From Haliotis rubra (taxonomy: Eukaryota), in the NCBI RefSeq assembly GCF_003918875.1, contig NW_025767227.1, forward strand, positions 434,001 through 498,000: 64,000 nt of DNA. Direction: 5' to 3'. The position numbers and the translations under genes are program-made. The notes below the pieces were generated by a model. It searched no databases. It saw only the letters and a list, made by a program, of their open reading frames with translations, and was not told where the DNA came from. Shown here one piece after another: positions 24,401 through 36,821 of this stretch (the stretch's first letter is position 1; each line of letters begins with the position of its first letter).

Positions 24401-25891
24401 ATGTCAACTACGTGAAGGATTGGCTGCAAGTGGAACAGGACAACCCGGACTTGCCAATGTTAACATTGTTTTATGAAAACTTGAAAAAGGTTTGTACTTG
24501 ACCTAGATGCCTTATGTCGACAAACTGGTCATAATGGTTTGCTGGGTACATGGTTTGAAGATATGAATGTAAACACTGGGGGTTCATCACAGTAATTGAT
24601 GACGTTCAGCTGGATACGTTTATTTAACTTGAAATTCGCAGATAACTGCGTCATGTGTATGTCATCTGATGAGTTGCTAATTGATATGATGCGTGTGATA
24701 TTGCCTATAACACCCGTATCAAGTGCATTAACATCGATCATCAATTTCTTTCTCATTTTAAATGCTATGAAACATATGTGCATATTTCAGTTAGTCTGTC
24801 AGTCGTTATGTGCTGCTGTCGCAGGGTTTGAAGTAAAGTGGCGAGTGTTTTGTTAGTTTGTCTTTCTCGATTAATAATCTGGTAATATTTGGAAGGTATA
24901 TAATTAATTCCTTGTAGGTATATCATTATATATGTTTAGTTAACTGTACTGGGGCATATTTTGCTATTTAAACATACGTTTACTTTTAGTATACTGGACT
25001 GTCCATAATTCTGTATTTCTTCAACGACAATTGTACTGCATATAGTGCAAAGGTAAGGTGTTTCTACAACCCTTCTTCGGGATGACAATCCTTATTAGGT
25101 TGATTTTAGGATCCTGTTAAGAACATCAGAACGGTTGCCGAGTTCCTTGGAGTGTCTGTCAGCGATGAACTATGTGAGCAAATAGCAGAAGCGTGCAGCT
25201 TTAAGAAGCTGAGGGCTGCAAACACTGAGGTCAAGGAGCACACCAGAAAGCAATCCGACGTCTGGAAGGAAGGTCACCAAGGACTGTATAGGAAAGGTGA
25301 GATTGTCCTTTAAACCTGTTTGCCATTGTTTTCTACGTGCCGTTCATACATTAAATCGTGTTGGGCCAAGTACTATTACTGTTACTTGTTGTGAGAAGTA
25401 CGTGGTTTAGAGTAGGTCCAATTATGATGTTATTTGTTGTAGGACACACGTGCGTCAGAATAGTATAACATCTGTAGCTATTTAAGGATGCAATCATACA
25501 TATCTTACTGAAGGGCTTATTCATGGAAACATGGATGTATAGGTCAAACTAATGTACAGTATAATTTGCCACAAAATACAAATAACTTGATCTGAGGGTA
25601 ACCTAAGAGGCAGTGTTCAGATGAAGCTTTGTGACACTTACAAATTACAGAACTGTTTCTGTGTTACTTATTTCAGGAATTACTCATGAATGACGTACAT
25701 GAAGTAGTTAGTAATGTAATTACTTATTGGCCTGTATTTTATTACTAACCTTTGAACATAAGAATTAATGTGCTATTTCAGGTGAAGTTGGGGATTGGAA
25801 GAACTGGATAACAGTTGCCCAGAACGAAAACTTTGATGATGTCATTGAGCGCCGATTTGAAGGAACGGGCATTGTATTCACGTATGAATAA
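18411..25891 (+). CDS. Cytosolic sulfotransferase (SULT1-like), paralog 2, 305 aa
   Basis: Exons 18411-18424, 18754-18932, 19220-19543, 24386-24489, 25110-25296, 25782-25891; intact frame and SULT motifs. Confidence 0.93.
20215..20273 (+). ncRNA. Predicted HDV-like self-cleaving ribozyme at the LINE 5' end
   Basis: P1 GGCACCC/GGGUGCU, P2 UGAAGAGC/GCUCUUCA, P3 ACC/GGU, L3 UCGUCGU, J4/2 GCUAA (candidate catalytic C20260). Confidence 0.75.
20215..23468 (+). mobile_element. I-group (Nimb/I/Ingi-like) LINE, 5'-intact, 3'-truncated, inactivated
   Basis: ORF1 with IPNPLRCFKCQKYGH and three zinc knuckles (~20756-22037, internal stops). ORF2 APE endonuclease (QWNCRG, QET, GDLNGH, SDHFP) and RT start (GADNI..QLLK, WRDAIVVPIPK), with stops and frameshifts. 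Confidence 0.9.
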
Positions 25892-26156
25892 CCGTTATAT
25901 GGTGATCATGGGGTTGTGGACACGAAACACCAAACCTTATCCAGGATATATCTATAAATGCTAACCTCTATGTTGTAAGTTCATGTCAAACCTCAGTGTT
26001 TAACCTCTGACCCTTTCAAGTTATTTTGCTAACACTGAAATGGAGTTAAAGTTAGGAAGAATCAATCAATGTTGTTACACGAGTGAGTGAGTTGTGTTTG
26101 TGTTGTTCCATGAACCGTTATCCGACTTATATACCATCAAAACAACTGAGGGAAAT

Positions 26157-26288
26157 ACACTCTTTACAAAAAGTAGGGGAACCTGAACTTTTAATTTTGA
26201 TCAAGATGTGATTGAATCCGATATATCTCTCAATTATTTCAATCGTAAATTTAAACTGCAGTTCCTCTACTTTATTTAAGGAGTCTAT
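26157..26288. mobile_element. Tc1-type MITE in the 3' UTR region of paralog 2
   Basis: Imperfect TIRs tacactctttacaaaaagtaggggaac / gttcctctactttatttaaggagtcta; absent from paralog UTRs. Confidence 0.7.
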
Positions 26289-26630
26289 ATAAGAAAATGT
26301 ATATTTACAATGTATTTACCAGTATCTGGGTTTCATACAGCGTGTATTTAGAACTTTAGACTTGAAACTTGTAATTTATCATAATGTTACTGTTTGTTAC
26401 ACATGAACAAAGAATAAAACAAGTCTATGAAAGTTTTATATGTCTGTAAATACGATTTCTGGGTGAGTTTGTCTTTACGCTGCTTGACCCTTTTTCGTGG
26501 CAACTTTAAAGCAGCTGTTGCTTGTTTGGTGGAACCCTGAAACACGTGTAAGATGCTTAATCACAGCCACGGTGACCCGTTAGTTTCGATTCCTCAGTCA
26601 CAGATACTAGCACGCCTTTCCAACACCTTT

Positions 26631-26790
26631 GGGGCGGTTGAGTTAAGGTGTTCGCGCGTCACGCCCAAGGCCCGGGTTCAATTTCCCACATGGGTACAAT
26701 GTGTGAAGCCCATTTCTGATGTCCCCACCGTAATATTGCTGGAATATTGCTAAAAGCGTCTTAAAACAAGACTGACATCAATCACTCACT
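26631..26790 (+). mobile_element. tRNA-derived SINE (family A)
   Basis: B box and tail; TSD caacacctttg. Confidence 0.85.
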
Positions 26791-26939
26791 ACAACACCTT
26801 TGTTCACTCTTTACAACACCTTTGACCACTCGGCCACACGAGAGATTTCACTTTTATTGCACACTCTGATCCACGACGATATACATATTAACACGGAAAG
26901 ATTGGACAAAGTTTTACCAATATTTTATGACATCATATG

Positions 26940-27167
26940 GGTGGGTGAGTGAGTGAATTAAGATTTTCAGTTACATCGGCAATATTTCAGCCATATCGTG
27001 ACTAAAAACAAGGTATAATTTCATAATAAATACGGGAAAATTATTAAACTCTGTCAACGAAGGACAGTAAAGTAACTAGTTTATCACAGATTTCAATTCA
27101 AAACTAATAATGAACTATAAAACATTATAACTATGTATGACAATACAGTATAAAAACAGGCTATGGA
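26940..27167 (-). mobile_element. 5'-truncated retroposon 3' end (probable LINE 3' UTR)
   Basis: Ends cacgatatggctgaaatattgccgatgt..+(actc)n; TSD ttatgacat.atatg; related copies at 40053-40177 and 57244-57450. Confidence 0.7.
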
Positions 27168-27485
27168 TTATGACATGATATGTTATTGAAAATTGGAAAT
27201 ACAATGTATTACAGACTAACTGACCACGTTCCTCAATCTTAAACCTGCCATGGGTCACACTGATAACGAGCATCGGACTTAATCCGGGACCAGTATCTAT
27301 TAAAGCTTATAGAACCAAGGTGCAATACGTTCATCTGTCTTTACGGCTGTTTGTATTCCACGTTGGCCAAATCACGTGCGTGCCACATATACCTTCGTGG
27401 CATCCTCGCGACTGGCCATCGATGGTTAGGTTACTGTTTAGGAATGTTTATTTGATAATAAATAATAATTCTACGTTATTTTGTT

Positions 27486-27837
27486 AGGTAGGTGGAATTG
27501 GGTTTAACGTTGTGCTTGAGAATATTTCGCTCATATGACGACGTGCATTCGTGTGTATGTGTATGTGCGGCTGCTTGTACTAGCCCAGACTGAAGCTGGT
27601 TTTATAGTGCTAGCCCACTGAGATACCATGACGCAGTGAAGCATGAATACCCCACTCAGACACATTATACTGACTCCGAGCCGACCAGTCCTTGTTGTAC
27701 CCATTAATGCCGAGCGCCAGGCAGGGACCAACAAGTACCATATTTTAACGTCTTTTGGTATGACGCGGTCGGGGATTGAACCCGCGACCTTCCAGTCTCC
27801 GGGCGGACGCTCTTACCGCTACACCACGGAGGCGGTC
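27486..27837 (-). mobile_element. tRNA SINE with Meta/MESC-like central domain (family B)
   Basis: tRNA head, central gtcataccaaaagacgttaaaatatggtacttgttggtccctgcctggcgctcggcatt; near-identical to 45459-45809. Confidence 0.85.
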
Positions 27838-27984
27838 ACGTTGGCTTGTGGCTACTGTAGATTGTATAACGTGTGTCGGATATGTGGAACGTGGCGTCGT
27901 TTAATATCTTTCTCAATTACTCTGTATTACTGTTTAGGAATGTTTATTTGATAATGATCAACTCTATGTTGTTTTGTGGCTATT

Positions 27985-28870
27985 ATAGTATGTATAGAGT
28001 GTGTCGTGACCCTAACAATGCATTACGTGCCAACACTATGCTGTTCAGTGACTGTTGTAGAATGTACATTGTATGAATGCCTACTGGGGTGATGTGTAGA
28101 TTGTATAGAGTGTGTCGTGACCCTAACGATGCATTACGTGCCAACACGATGTTGTTTAGTGACTGTTGCAGAATGTACATTGTACGAATGCCCACTGGGT
28201 TGATGTGTAGATTGTATAGAGTGTGTCGTGACCCTAACAATGCATTACGTGCCAACACTATGCTGTTCAGTGACTGTTGTAGAATGTACATTGTATGAAT
28301 GCCTACTGGGGTGATGTGTAGATTGTATAGAGTGTGTCGTGACCCTAACGATGCATTACGTGCCAACACGATGTTGTTTAGTGACTGTTGCAGAATGTAC
28401 ATTGTACGAATGCCCACTGGGTTGATGTGTAGATTGTATAGAGTGTGTCGTGACCCTAACGATGCATTACGTGCCAACACGATGTTGTTTAGTGACTGTT
28501 GTAGAATGTACATTGTATGAATACCCACTAGGTTGATGTGTAGATTGTATAGAGTGTGTCGTGACCCTAACAATGCATTACGTGCCAACACTATGCTGTT
28601 TAGTGAGTGTTGTAGAATGTACATTGTATGAATGCCCGCTGGGGTGATGTGTAGATTGTATAGAGTGTGTCGTGACCCTAACGATGCATTACGTGCCAAC
28701 ACTATGCTGTTTAGTGAGTGTTGTAGAATGTACATTGTATGAATGCCCGCTGGGGTGATGTGTATAGATTGCATTACGTGCCAACACTATGCTGTTTAGT
28801 GACTGTTGTAGAATGTACATTGTATGAATACCCACTAGGGTGATGTGTAGATTGTATAGAGTGTGTCGGG
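27985..28870. repeat. 111-bp tandem repeat (~8 copies, partial 222-bp higher-order pattern)
   Basis: 37-aa periodicity in overlapping ORFs; ORFs 28077 and 28299 are offset by 222. Confidence 0.92.
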
Positions 28871-28924
28871 CACACTGACTATTACATTGTGTTATGAGGC
28901 ACTATGTTGTTTGGTGCTGCATGA

Positions 28925-29094
28925 CTGACTGACTGACTGAGTTTAGTTTTACGCCGCTTTTAGTAATATTCCAGCAATATCACGGCGGGGGACACCAGAA
29001 ATGGGCTTAACACATTGTGCCCATGTGGGGAATCGAACCCGGGTCTTCGGCGTGACGAGCCAACGCTTTAACCACTAGGCTACCCCACCGCACC
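28925..29094 (-). mobile_element. tRNA-derived SINE (family A)
   Basis: Full length; TSD tggtgctgcatga. Confidence 0.92.
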
Positions 29095-29602
29095 TGGTGC
29101 TGCATGAACGCTCACTGGGTTGATATGTATAATATTGAACTATTTACCTTGAAATGTGATTGATTACTATAATTGTAGCACATACTATTATTGAATGATA
29201 ATGTTAAAATGATCATGTGACCGGTGTGTAATAAAATCCTTGTTTATTTATCCAGGTGTTGTGTTGTGTGTGAGTTGGTATTGTCAGACCTCTTGCCAAG
29301 CGAGCTGATTCCCCAACATACGCGTTTTAATATACATATGTTAGCACACAAGTACTTAGGTTGACATTCATTATACCTCCAGAACGAGCCTTTGGTGGCA
29401 AATGTCTGTTGTAGTCTAAGTCACTTTGGTATGAAAAGATATATGGAAAACAAAACCATTTCCATAATCAGAAGAAAGGTCTTCTCATAACTATTGTATT
29501 AACACAGAGGAAACTGACAAAGCTTAACAGATATTTTATGGCGGTACATGTTATTGAAAACTGTAAGTATCACACACTAGTTACCACGTTCCACTATTTT
29601 AT

Positions 29603-29895
29603 ACCTACAAAGGGTCACATTGATAACCAGCATAGGTCAAAATCTGGGACGAGTGTCTGTGAAGCAAGTAGGAGCAAGGTGCATTACGTTTATGTATATT
29701 GTATGTTTATATCACACCTGCCAGGGGTCACATTCATAACGGTAGCATTACGTTTATGTATATTGTATGTTTATATCTCACCTGCCAGGGGTCACATTCA
29801 TAACGTGCATAGGACAAAATCTGGGACGAGTATCTGTGACGCTAATAGAAGCAAGGTGCATTACGTTTATGTGTGTTGTATGTTTATATCTCATG
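29603..29895. repeat. ~112-bp tandem repeat (2-3 copies)
   Basis: Unit contains cataggacaaaatctgggacgagtatctgtga; same family as 54725-55175. Confidence 0.8.
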
Positions 29896-30077
29896 GCCAA
29901 ACCACGGGCGCGTCACATATACCTTGGTGGCATACTCGCAACTGGCGAAAATTGGAAAATTCACTCACTCAGTTCAGGTAAAAATTTGATGTGAAACACA
30001 AACACGCGGAGATATGCCAGGAAGTGCATTGGCTTTAGAGAGAACACAATCTATCTGTGCAATTTTATTTAGATCAG

Positions 30078-30976
30078 AAGCAAGGTTGTACCGTGTTTAC
30101 TTATAGCCCCTTTCTATGACAAGACAGCAGCAAGGTTGTACCGTGATGACTTATAGCCCCTTTCTATGACAAGGCAGCAGCAAGGTTTTACCGTGATGAC
30201 TTATAGCCCCTTTCTATGACAAGACAGCAGCAAGGTTGAACCGTGGTGACTTATGGCCCCTTTCTATGACAATACAGCAGCAAGGTTGAACTGTGATGAC
30301 TTATAGCCCATTTCTATGACAATACGGCAGCAAGGTTGTACCGTGATGACTTTTAGCCCCTTTCTATGACAATACAGCAGCAAGGTTGTACCATGATGAC
30401 TGATAACCCCTTTCTACACCAATACTGTAGCAAGGTTGTACCGTGATGACTTATAGCCCCTTTCCATGACAATACGGCAGCAAAGTTGTACCGTGATGAC
30501 TTATAGCCCCTTTCTATACCAATACCGTAGCAAGGTTGTACCGTGACGACTTATAGCCTCTTTCTATGACAAGACAGCAGCAAGGTTGTACCGTGATGAC
30601 TTATAGCCCCTTTCTATGACAATACAGCAGCAAGGTTGTACCATGATGACTGATAGCCCCTTTCTACACCAATACTGTAGCAAGGTTGTACCGTGATGAC
30701 TTATAGCCCCTTTCTATGACAATACGGCAGCAAAGTTGTACCGTGATGACTTATAGCCCCTTTCTATACCAATACCGTAGCAAGGTTGTACCGTGACGAC
30801 TTATAGCCTCTTTCTATGACAATACGGCAGCAAAGTTGTACCGTGATGACTTATAGCCCCTTTCTATACCAATACCCGAGCAAGGTTGTACCGTGATGAC
30901 TTATAGCCCTGTTCTATGACAATACAGCAGCAAGGTTGTACCGTGATGACTTATAGCCCCTTTCTATGACAATACA
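30078..30976. repeat. 50-bp minisatellite (~18 copies)
   Basis: caaggttgtaccgtgatgacttatagcccctttctatgacaatacagcag recurs at 30081, 30131, 30181 and onward. Confidence 0.95.
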
Positions 30977-32030
30977 CTGGCTTATGTGAACAGTTAACGT
31001 GGGTCGCTGACACATTGGAAATATTACACTGGAGAGTCCTTTTTTTGTCGGATCTTCTTAACTGATGCTTGAAGCAATTAACAAATTCCTGGCGTAACAA
31101 TTGATCACATTCACCATTCATCCAACCCAGCTACTCCTGTGGGAATAGCGTGGGGATGCCTGGAAATTATCCAGTGTGAACTGGCCTTTCACAAAACACA
31201 TTAAATATTTAGATAGGTTTTTTGTGGTGCCCTAAGGGACGCAACTCTGTACAACGAATATATTTCACTTGTACTTTTTATTCTAGATCCATGACTTGCA
31301 TAAACAGTAAGAGAGTGTCAGGTCGACTGGATCTAGCCTCAACATCCTCGTGTAGAGCTGACCTTGCCCTGCTCCCCTAGAATCAACACTTACACAGTCG
31401 ACACGAACAGGGCTCCTTTTTAACATGGAACTCGAACATTGGTTGGGGTGATAACTTCTTCAGTTTCGTAGCCAAGAGTAACGGGTGTGTGTTCAAGAAA
31501 GTCAATCACGAGCGTTGGTCGCAAGTACTGTTCATTATGGAAGGTGAGCGGTAAGTACTTGTTCCTCTCATTATTCTGCGTCAGTGCAGTCCTCTATTCC
31601 CACCTACACCTATGGGTATGGCGTAGAGAAGCCAGGAAATATATTCAACTGGCATTCCACATACCACCGTCATAAGTTTTCGGGGTGCCCTACAGACGCA
31701 AGTCTGCACAGCGAATATACTGCACTTGTTTGAATAACAACTTGAATAACGTACTTTTTTTCTAGATCCATGACTTGCATAATCAGCCTTGATAAGAGCG
31801 TGTCAGGTCGACTGGATCTAGCCTCAACATCCTCGCGTGGAGAAGTCCTCGCCCTGCTCCCCTAGAATCAAAACTTACACAGTCGACACGAACTGTGCTA
31901 CTTATTAACAGGGAACTGTAACATTGGTTGGGACGGTTCTCCCTTCGGAGTAGTAGCAAGTCACGCGATTGTACACAGTTGTGTATTGTAAAAAGTCAGT
32001 TATACGCTTTGATACCACGTACTGATAAAT

Positions 32031-34923
32031 ATGGAGGGTCAGCGGTGAGTACTATACTTGTTCCTCTGATTATTCTGTGTCAGTGCAGTCCTTTTTTCCG
32101 TAGCCATCTTGTTTCCAAATGAGGAGAATTGGTCACGAGTGTACGTGTGCATTATGTTAACCACAGGGGAAGTAATCTTTAAATTTAAAATTGTAACTGC
32201 AACTTGTCTTTCACGTTTCCATTGATATCATTTATCTAAATGCGACTGTCACTCAACTAACTGCACATTCTTGCGTCCCTTACGAGGGCTAGAATCCACG
32301 AAGTCCAAACCCAGGTTCGACATAATATTGATCCTTGGTTTGTGGGAAAATAGTCTTTTCTGTAAGTAGCATTAAGCAGGCTCCTCACACCAATGAATAC
32401 AAACCGTCATAACATTCAAAACAGCGTTAAATCAAACCCAACAAGTGATTCTTCATAGAAACCCCGAGGTTCTGGACTACCGGAATGAGAATGGTCATGG
32501 ATGGTCCTTCTACAGAAATGACGGCCTTCTCCGGGCGATTGTTACAACCCCTGAAGCTGATATGGAAATGATCCAAAAAGTTAAGAAATTCGGACTTAGG
32601 GACGATGACGTCTTGATTGCAGCATATCCCAAATGTGGTAAGAGCCAAAGCTGAACAATGTATTGTATGAGTGAGTAATCTATTGTCTGAATGAATGGGT
32701 TTTTTTTAAAACTGAGCAGGTGGTTGTATGACACAACCTTGAGTGAACCCATCGATCTACCAACATTACTTAACCTAACCTTTGTGAGCTGGGCACCGTG
32801 TAGATCATGCTGACCGGAACACAATCACCATTCAAACACTCACTTACACTATGCTGTCTATTCTGATCCCTCCAGGTACCCACTGGTCGTGGGAAATTGT
32901 CAACATGCTCAGGGCCGGTAACTCTGAGTACAACAAGAAGGGGAAGGAAATCGCCATGTTGGGGATGCCGAAGTTTGAGCGGGCTGATGAACTCCCCTCC
33001 CCAAGAGTTCTAAATTCCCATCTATTTTTCCGTCATCTGCCGGAAATGCTGGTGGAGAAGAAAATAAAAACAATCTTCATCATGCGAAACCCCAAAGATG
33101 TCAGCGTATCCTATTATAACCATCTCAACGGACTAAAAGTGAGCGTTGGGTTTCACGGGCCGTATTCAGAATTTCTGGATCTGTTTCTGGAAGGAAAAAG
33201 TGAGTGATGCTGTTACGTCATACCAAGCCTGATGGCCATAACAGAGTGGGGTGGTATAATGAGTTTATCACCATACATTTACTTGTTTATATTAATCTGA
33301 AGGCATAATTGCTATGTTTAATTAACAGTTACAGAAAAAAGCAGATATTCTACTAATTGTCCGTGTCTTCAACCGTTAAACCTAATATAGTTTACGTTGT
33401 CTCGTTTAAGGCATCACAATTCACTGTGAAATTTGTGGGTTTGAACTGTGGGTTTCAAACCAGGCCATGTTTATAGGCTTGCTAGCACCATAGCCGTGCT
33501 TGTGGGTTTCAAAATGGTGGAAACATTTCGGACGTGCATTACTTCCGGCATTCCTGAAGTGCTACTGTGAGAATGCAGGTTCAAATGCCTTGAAATGCTT
33601 ACGTGTGAATGTAGGTTCAGATGCTCTGATCTGTTACTGTGTCTCTGAATGGGTATTTACACGCTTTCAGATGCTGATGTCATGTGAGCAACATGCTCCG
33701 ACTTGAATCTTGGTTTGAAATGCTGCGGGTGGCATATCGTTGCTTCACCTCTGCCATTTGTTTCATAGACACATCCGTGTTTATACATACATGCCATTTA
33801 AAATTCCTTCCATGTTTCAGTGATGCTTGGTGATTATGTCGACTACGTGAAGGATTGGCTGCAAGTGAAACAGGACAACCCGGACTTGCCAATGTTGACA
33901 TTGTTTTATGAAGACTTGAAAAAGGTTTGAGTTGAACTAGATGCCTTATGTCGACAAGATGGTCATAATGGTTTGCTGGTTACATGGTTTGAATATTTGA
34001 ATGTAAACACTGGGGGTTGATCACAGTGACTGATGACGTTCAGCTGGATACGTTCAGCGTCATGTGCATGTCATCTGTTGAGAGTTGCTAACTGATCAAG
34101 TGCATTAGTATCGATCGTCAATTTCTTGCTCATTTTAAATGCCATGAAATATAAGTGCATGTTTTTGCTTGTTTTTAGCAGTTTTGACGTGCCGCTGTCA
34201 CATGATTTGAGAAAAGGGGCGAGTTTTTTTTCAGTGTGCATTTCTCGTTTAACAATTATATTTGGAAGGTATGGCATCAGTTCCTAGGGCATATCATGGT
34301 GTATCTTTAGTTAACTGTACTGATGCTTATTTGTTATTTAGTTATACGTTTATCTTCAGTGTACTGGACTATCCATAATTCTATATTCTTATAACATTTT
34401 TTTCGGGATGATAACCCTTATTCCTTTGATTTTAGGATCCTGTTAAAAACATCAGAACGGTTGCCGAGTTCCTTGGATTGTCTGCCAGTGATGAACTATG
34501 TGAGCAAATAGCAGAAGCGTGCAGCTTTAAGAAGATGAGGGCCGCTGACACTGAAGTCAAGCAGCATACCGGTAATCCGTCCGACATCTGGAAGGAAGGT
34601 CACCAAAGAATATATAGAAAAGGTGAGATTGGCCTTCGATCCTGTTTGTCATTGTTTTCTACGTTTCCTTCGTTCATTACATAAAGACCGGAGACAGAAA
34701 GGGCATGAAGTGGACCTCACGTATGGCGTACTTAGGGAGGTAATTACCTTAGGGACTTTATCATGTATTGTGTGACTTTGGACTTCAGAACTGATGTGCT
34801 GTTGTTGTTTCAGGTGAGATTGGGGACTGGAAGAACTGGATAACAGTTGCCCAGAGCGAAAAAATTGATAACGTCATTGAGCGCCGATTTGAAGGAACGG
34901 GCATTGTATTCACGTATGAATAA
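32031..34923 (+). CDS. Cytosolic sulfotransferase (SULT1-like), paralog 3, 305 aa
   Basis: Exons 32031-32044 (alternative copy 31537-31550), 32459-32637, 32876-33199, 33821-33924, 34436-34622, 34814-34923; intact. Confidence 0.93.
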
Positions 34924-35407
34924 CCGTTATATGGTGATCACGGGGTTGTGGACACTGATTGCCAAATATCATCCAGGAAATATCTACAAACGTTTAGCTT
35001 TATGTTGTATGTTCATGTCAAACCACAGAGTTTAACTTATGACCCTTTCACATTATATTGTTGACTCTGAAACCGAGGTAAAGTTTGGATGAATCAATCA
35101 ATGTGATTCAAGATGGATGTGGATGAGTGAGTTCTGCCGTCAAGAATTGTTACCCACGTAATAACAGCAAAGGGAAATATAAGTAACTGAACATTTACAA
35201 TGTATTTACCGATATTTGATTTTTATACTGCATGCTTTTAAAAATGTTATGGAGTTGAAGCTTGTATTACTGTTTATGACAAGTGAACGAAGAATAAATC
35301 ATATTCATGAACATAATTTCTGGATGAGTTTGTTTTTAGGCTACTTAGGCCAAATTCCGTGGCAGCGTTATGTATGAGGAAAGCCAGAGCTGAAGAATCC
35401 GTTGCTT

Positions 35408-36127
35408 GTTTGATGGAACCCTCGAGCGTGTTTGATGGAACCCTCGAGCGTGTTTGATGGAACCCTGGAACCCTCGAGCGTGTTTGATGGAACCCTCGAG
35501 CGTGTTTGATGGAACCCTCGAGCGTGTTTGATGGAACCCTCGACTATGTTTGATGGAACCCTCGAGCATGTTTGGTGGAACCCTGGAGCGTGTTTGATGG
35601 AACCTTTGAGCATGTTTGGTGGAACCCTCGAGCATGTTACTTGGAACCCTCGAGCGTGTTTGATGGAACCCTCGAGCATGTTTGATGGAACCCTCGAGCG
35701 TGTTTGATGGAACCCTCGAGCGTGTTTGATGGAACCCTCGAGCGTGCTTGATGGATCCCTCGAGCGTGTTTGATGGAACCCTCGAGCATGTTTGATGGAA
35801 CCCTCGAGCGTGTTTGATGGAACCCTCGAGCGTGCTTGTTTGATGGAACCCTCGAGCGTGTTTGATGGAACCCTTGAGCATGTTTGATGGAACCCTCGAG
35901 GGTGTTTGATGGAACCCTCGAGCGTGTTTGATGGAACCCTCGAGAGTGTTTGATGGAACCCTAGAGCATGTTTGGTGGAACCCTCGAGCGTGCTTGATGG
36001 AACCCTCGAGCGTGTTTGATGGAACCCTCGAGCGTGCTTGATGGAACCCTCGAGCGTGCTTGATGGAACCCTCGAGCGTGTTTGATGGAACCCTCGAGCG
36101 TGCTTGATGGAACCCTCGAGCGTGTTT
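35408..36127. repeat. 22-bp minisatellite (gtttgatggaaccctcgagcgt), ~32 copies
   Basis: Direct tandem repetition. Confidence 0.95.
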
Positions 36128-36623
36128 AACATGCTGAATCACAGCCACGGCGACCCGTTAGTTTCGATCCCTGAATCACAGATATTAGCACGCCTATACA
36201 ACACCTTTGGCAATCCCTTTTATTGCACATTCGGATCCATGATGACGTACATGTGTACACGTGAGGACACAAACAAGTAGGTTGGCATTCATTGCACCAT
36301 CATAACGAGACTTTGGTGACTAGGGTTGGAACTTTTGTTTGTGATCCCTTTGGTATGATGAATAGAAGCAAACAAAACCATTTCAATAAGCACTATCATA
36401 AGGGTTCACCGTTAAAACAGTGACGGTACCAGGTGTTCGCACACACGTGAGCTTATAATGCATCGACGTTCGCACTAACACATGCAAAGGCCAGGTAATT
36501 GTCAACAGCGGCAATGGAAGATTACGACTGCAAGCACCTGATCCCAACTCCCGAAAAGCAGACACAAACAGAACAGGGAGCCAGACTGGAAGCACCTGAT
36601 CCCAACACCTGACAAGCAGTGAC

Positions 36624-36725
36624 TGACTGACTGACTGAGTTTGGTTTTACGCCGCTTTTAGCAATATTCCAGCAATATCACGGCGGGGGACTCTAGAAAT
36701 GGGCTTCACTCATTGTACCCATGTG
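36624..36725 (-). mobile_element. 5'-truncated family A SINE
   Basis: Family tail; TSD aagcagtgac. Confidence 0.85.
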
Positions 36726-36821
36726 ATGATAAGCAGTGACAGGCAAGGTTAACCTTTTAATGTTCGTAGTAAGTCTCTCCCGGAATCAGTTGTACGAAAT
36801 TCTTTTATGAACATAATAATA

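Noticed and set aside
27531-27951. ORFs repeated almost identically at 45452-45758
   Set aside because: The identity reflects two copies of the same SINE, not protein conservation.
30078-30976. Regular repeats resembling a CRISPR array
   Set aside because: Head-to-tail units without unique spacers, no cas genes, eukaryotic context.
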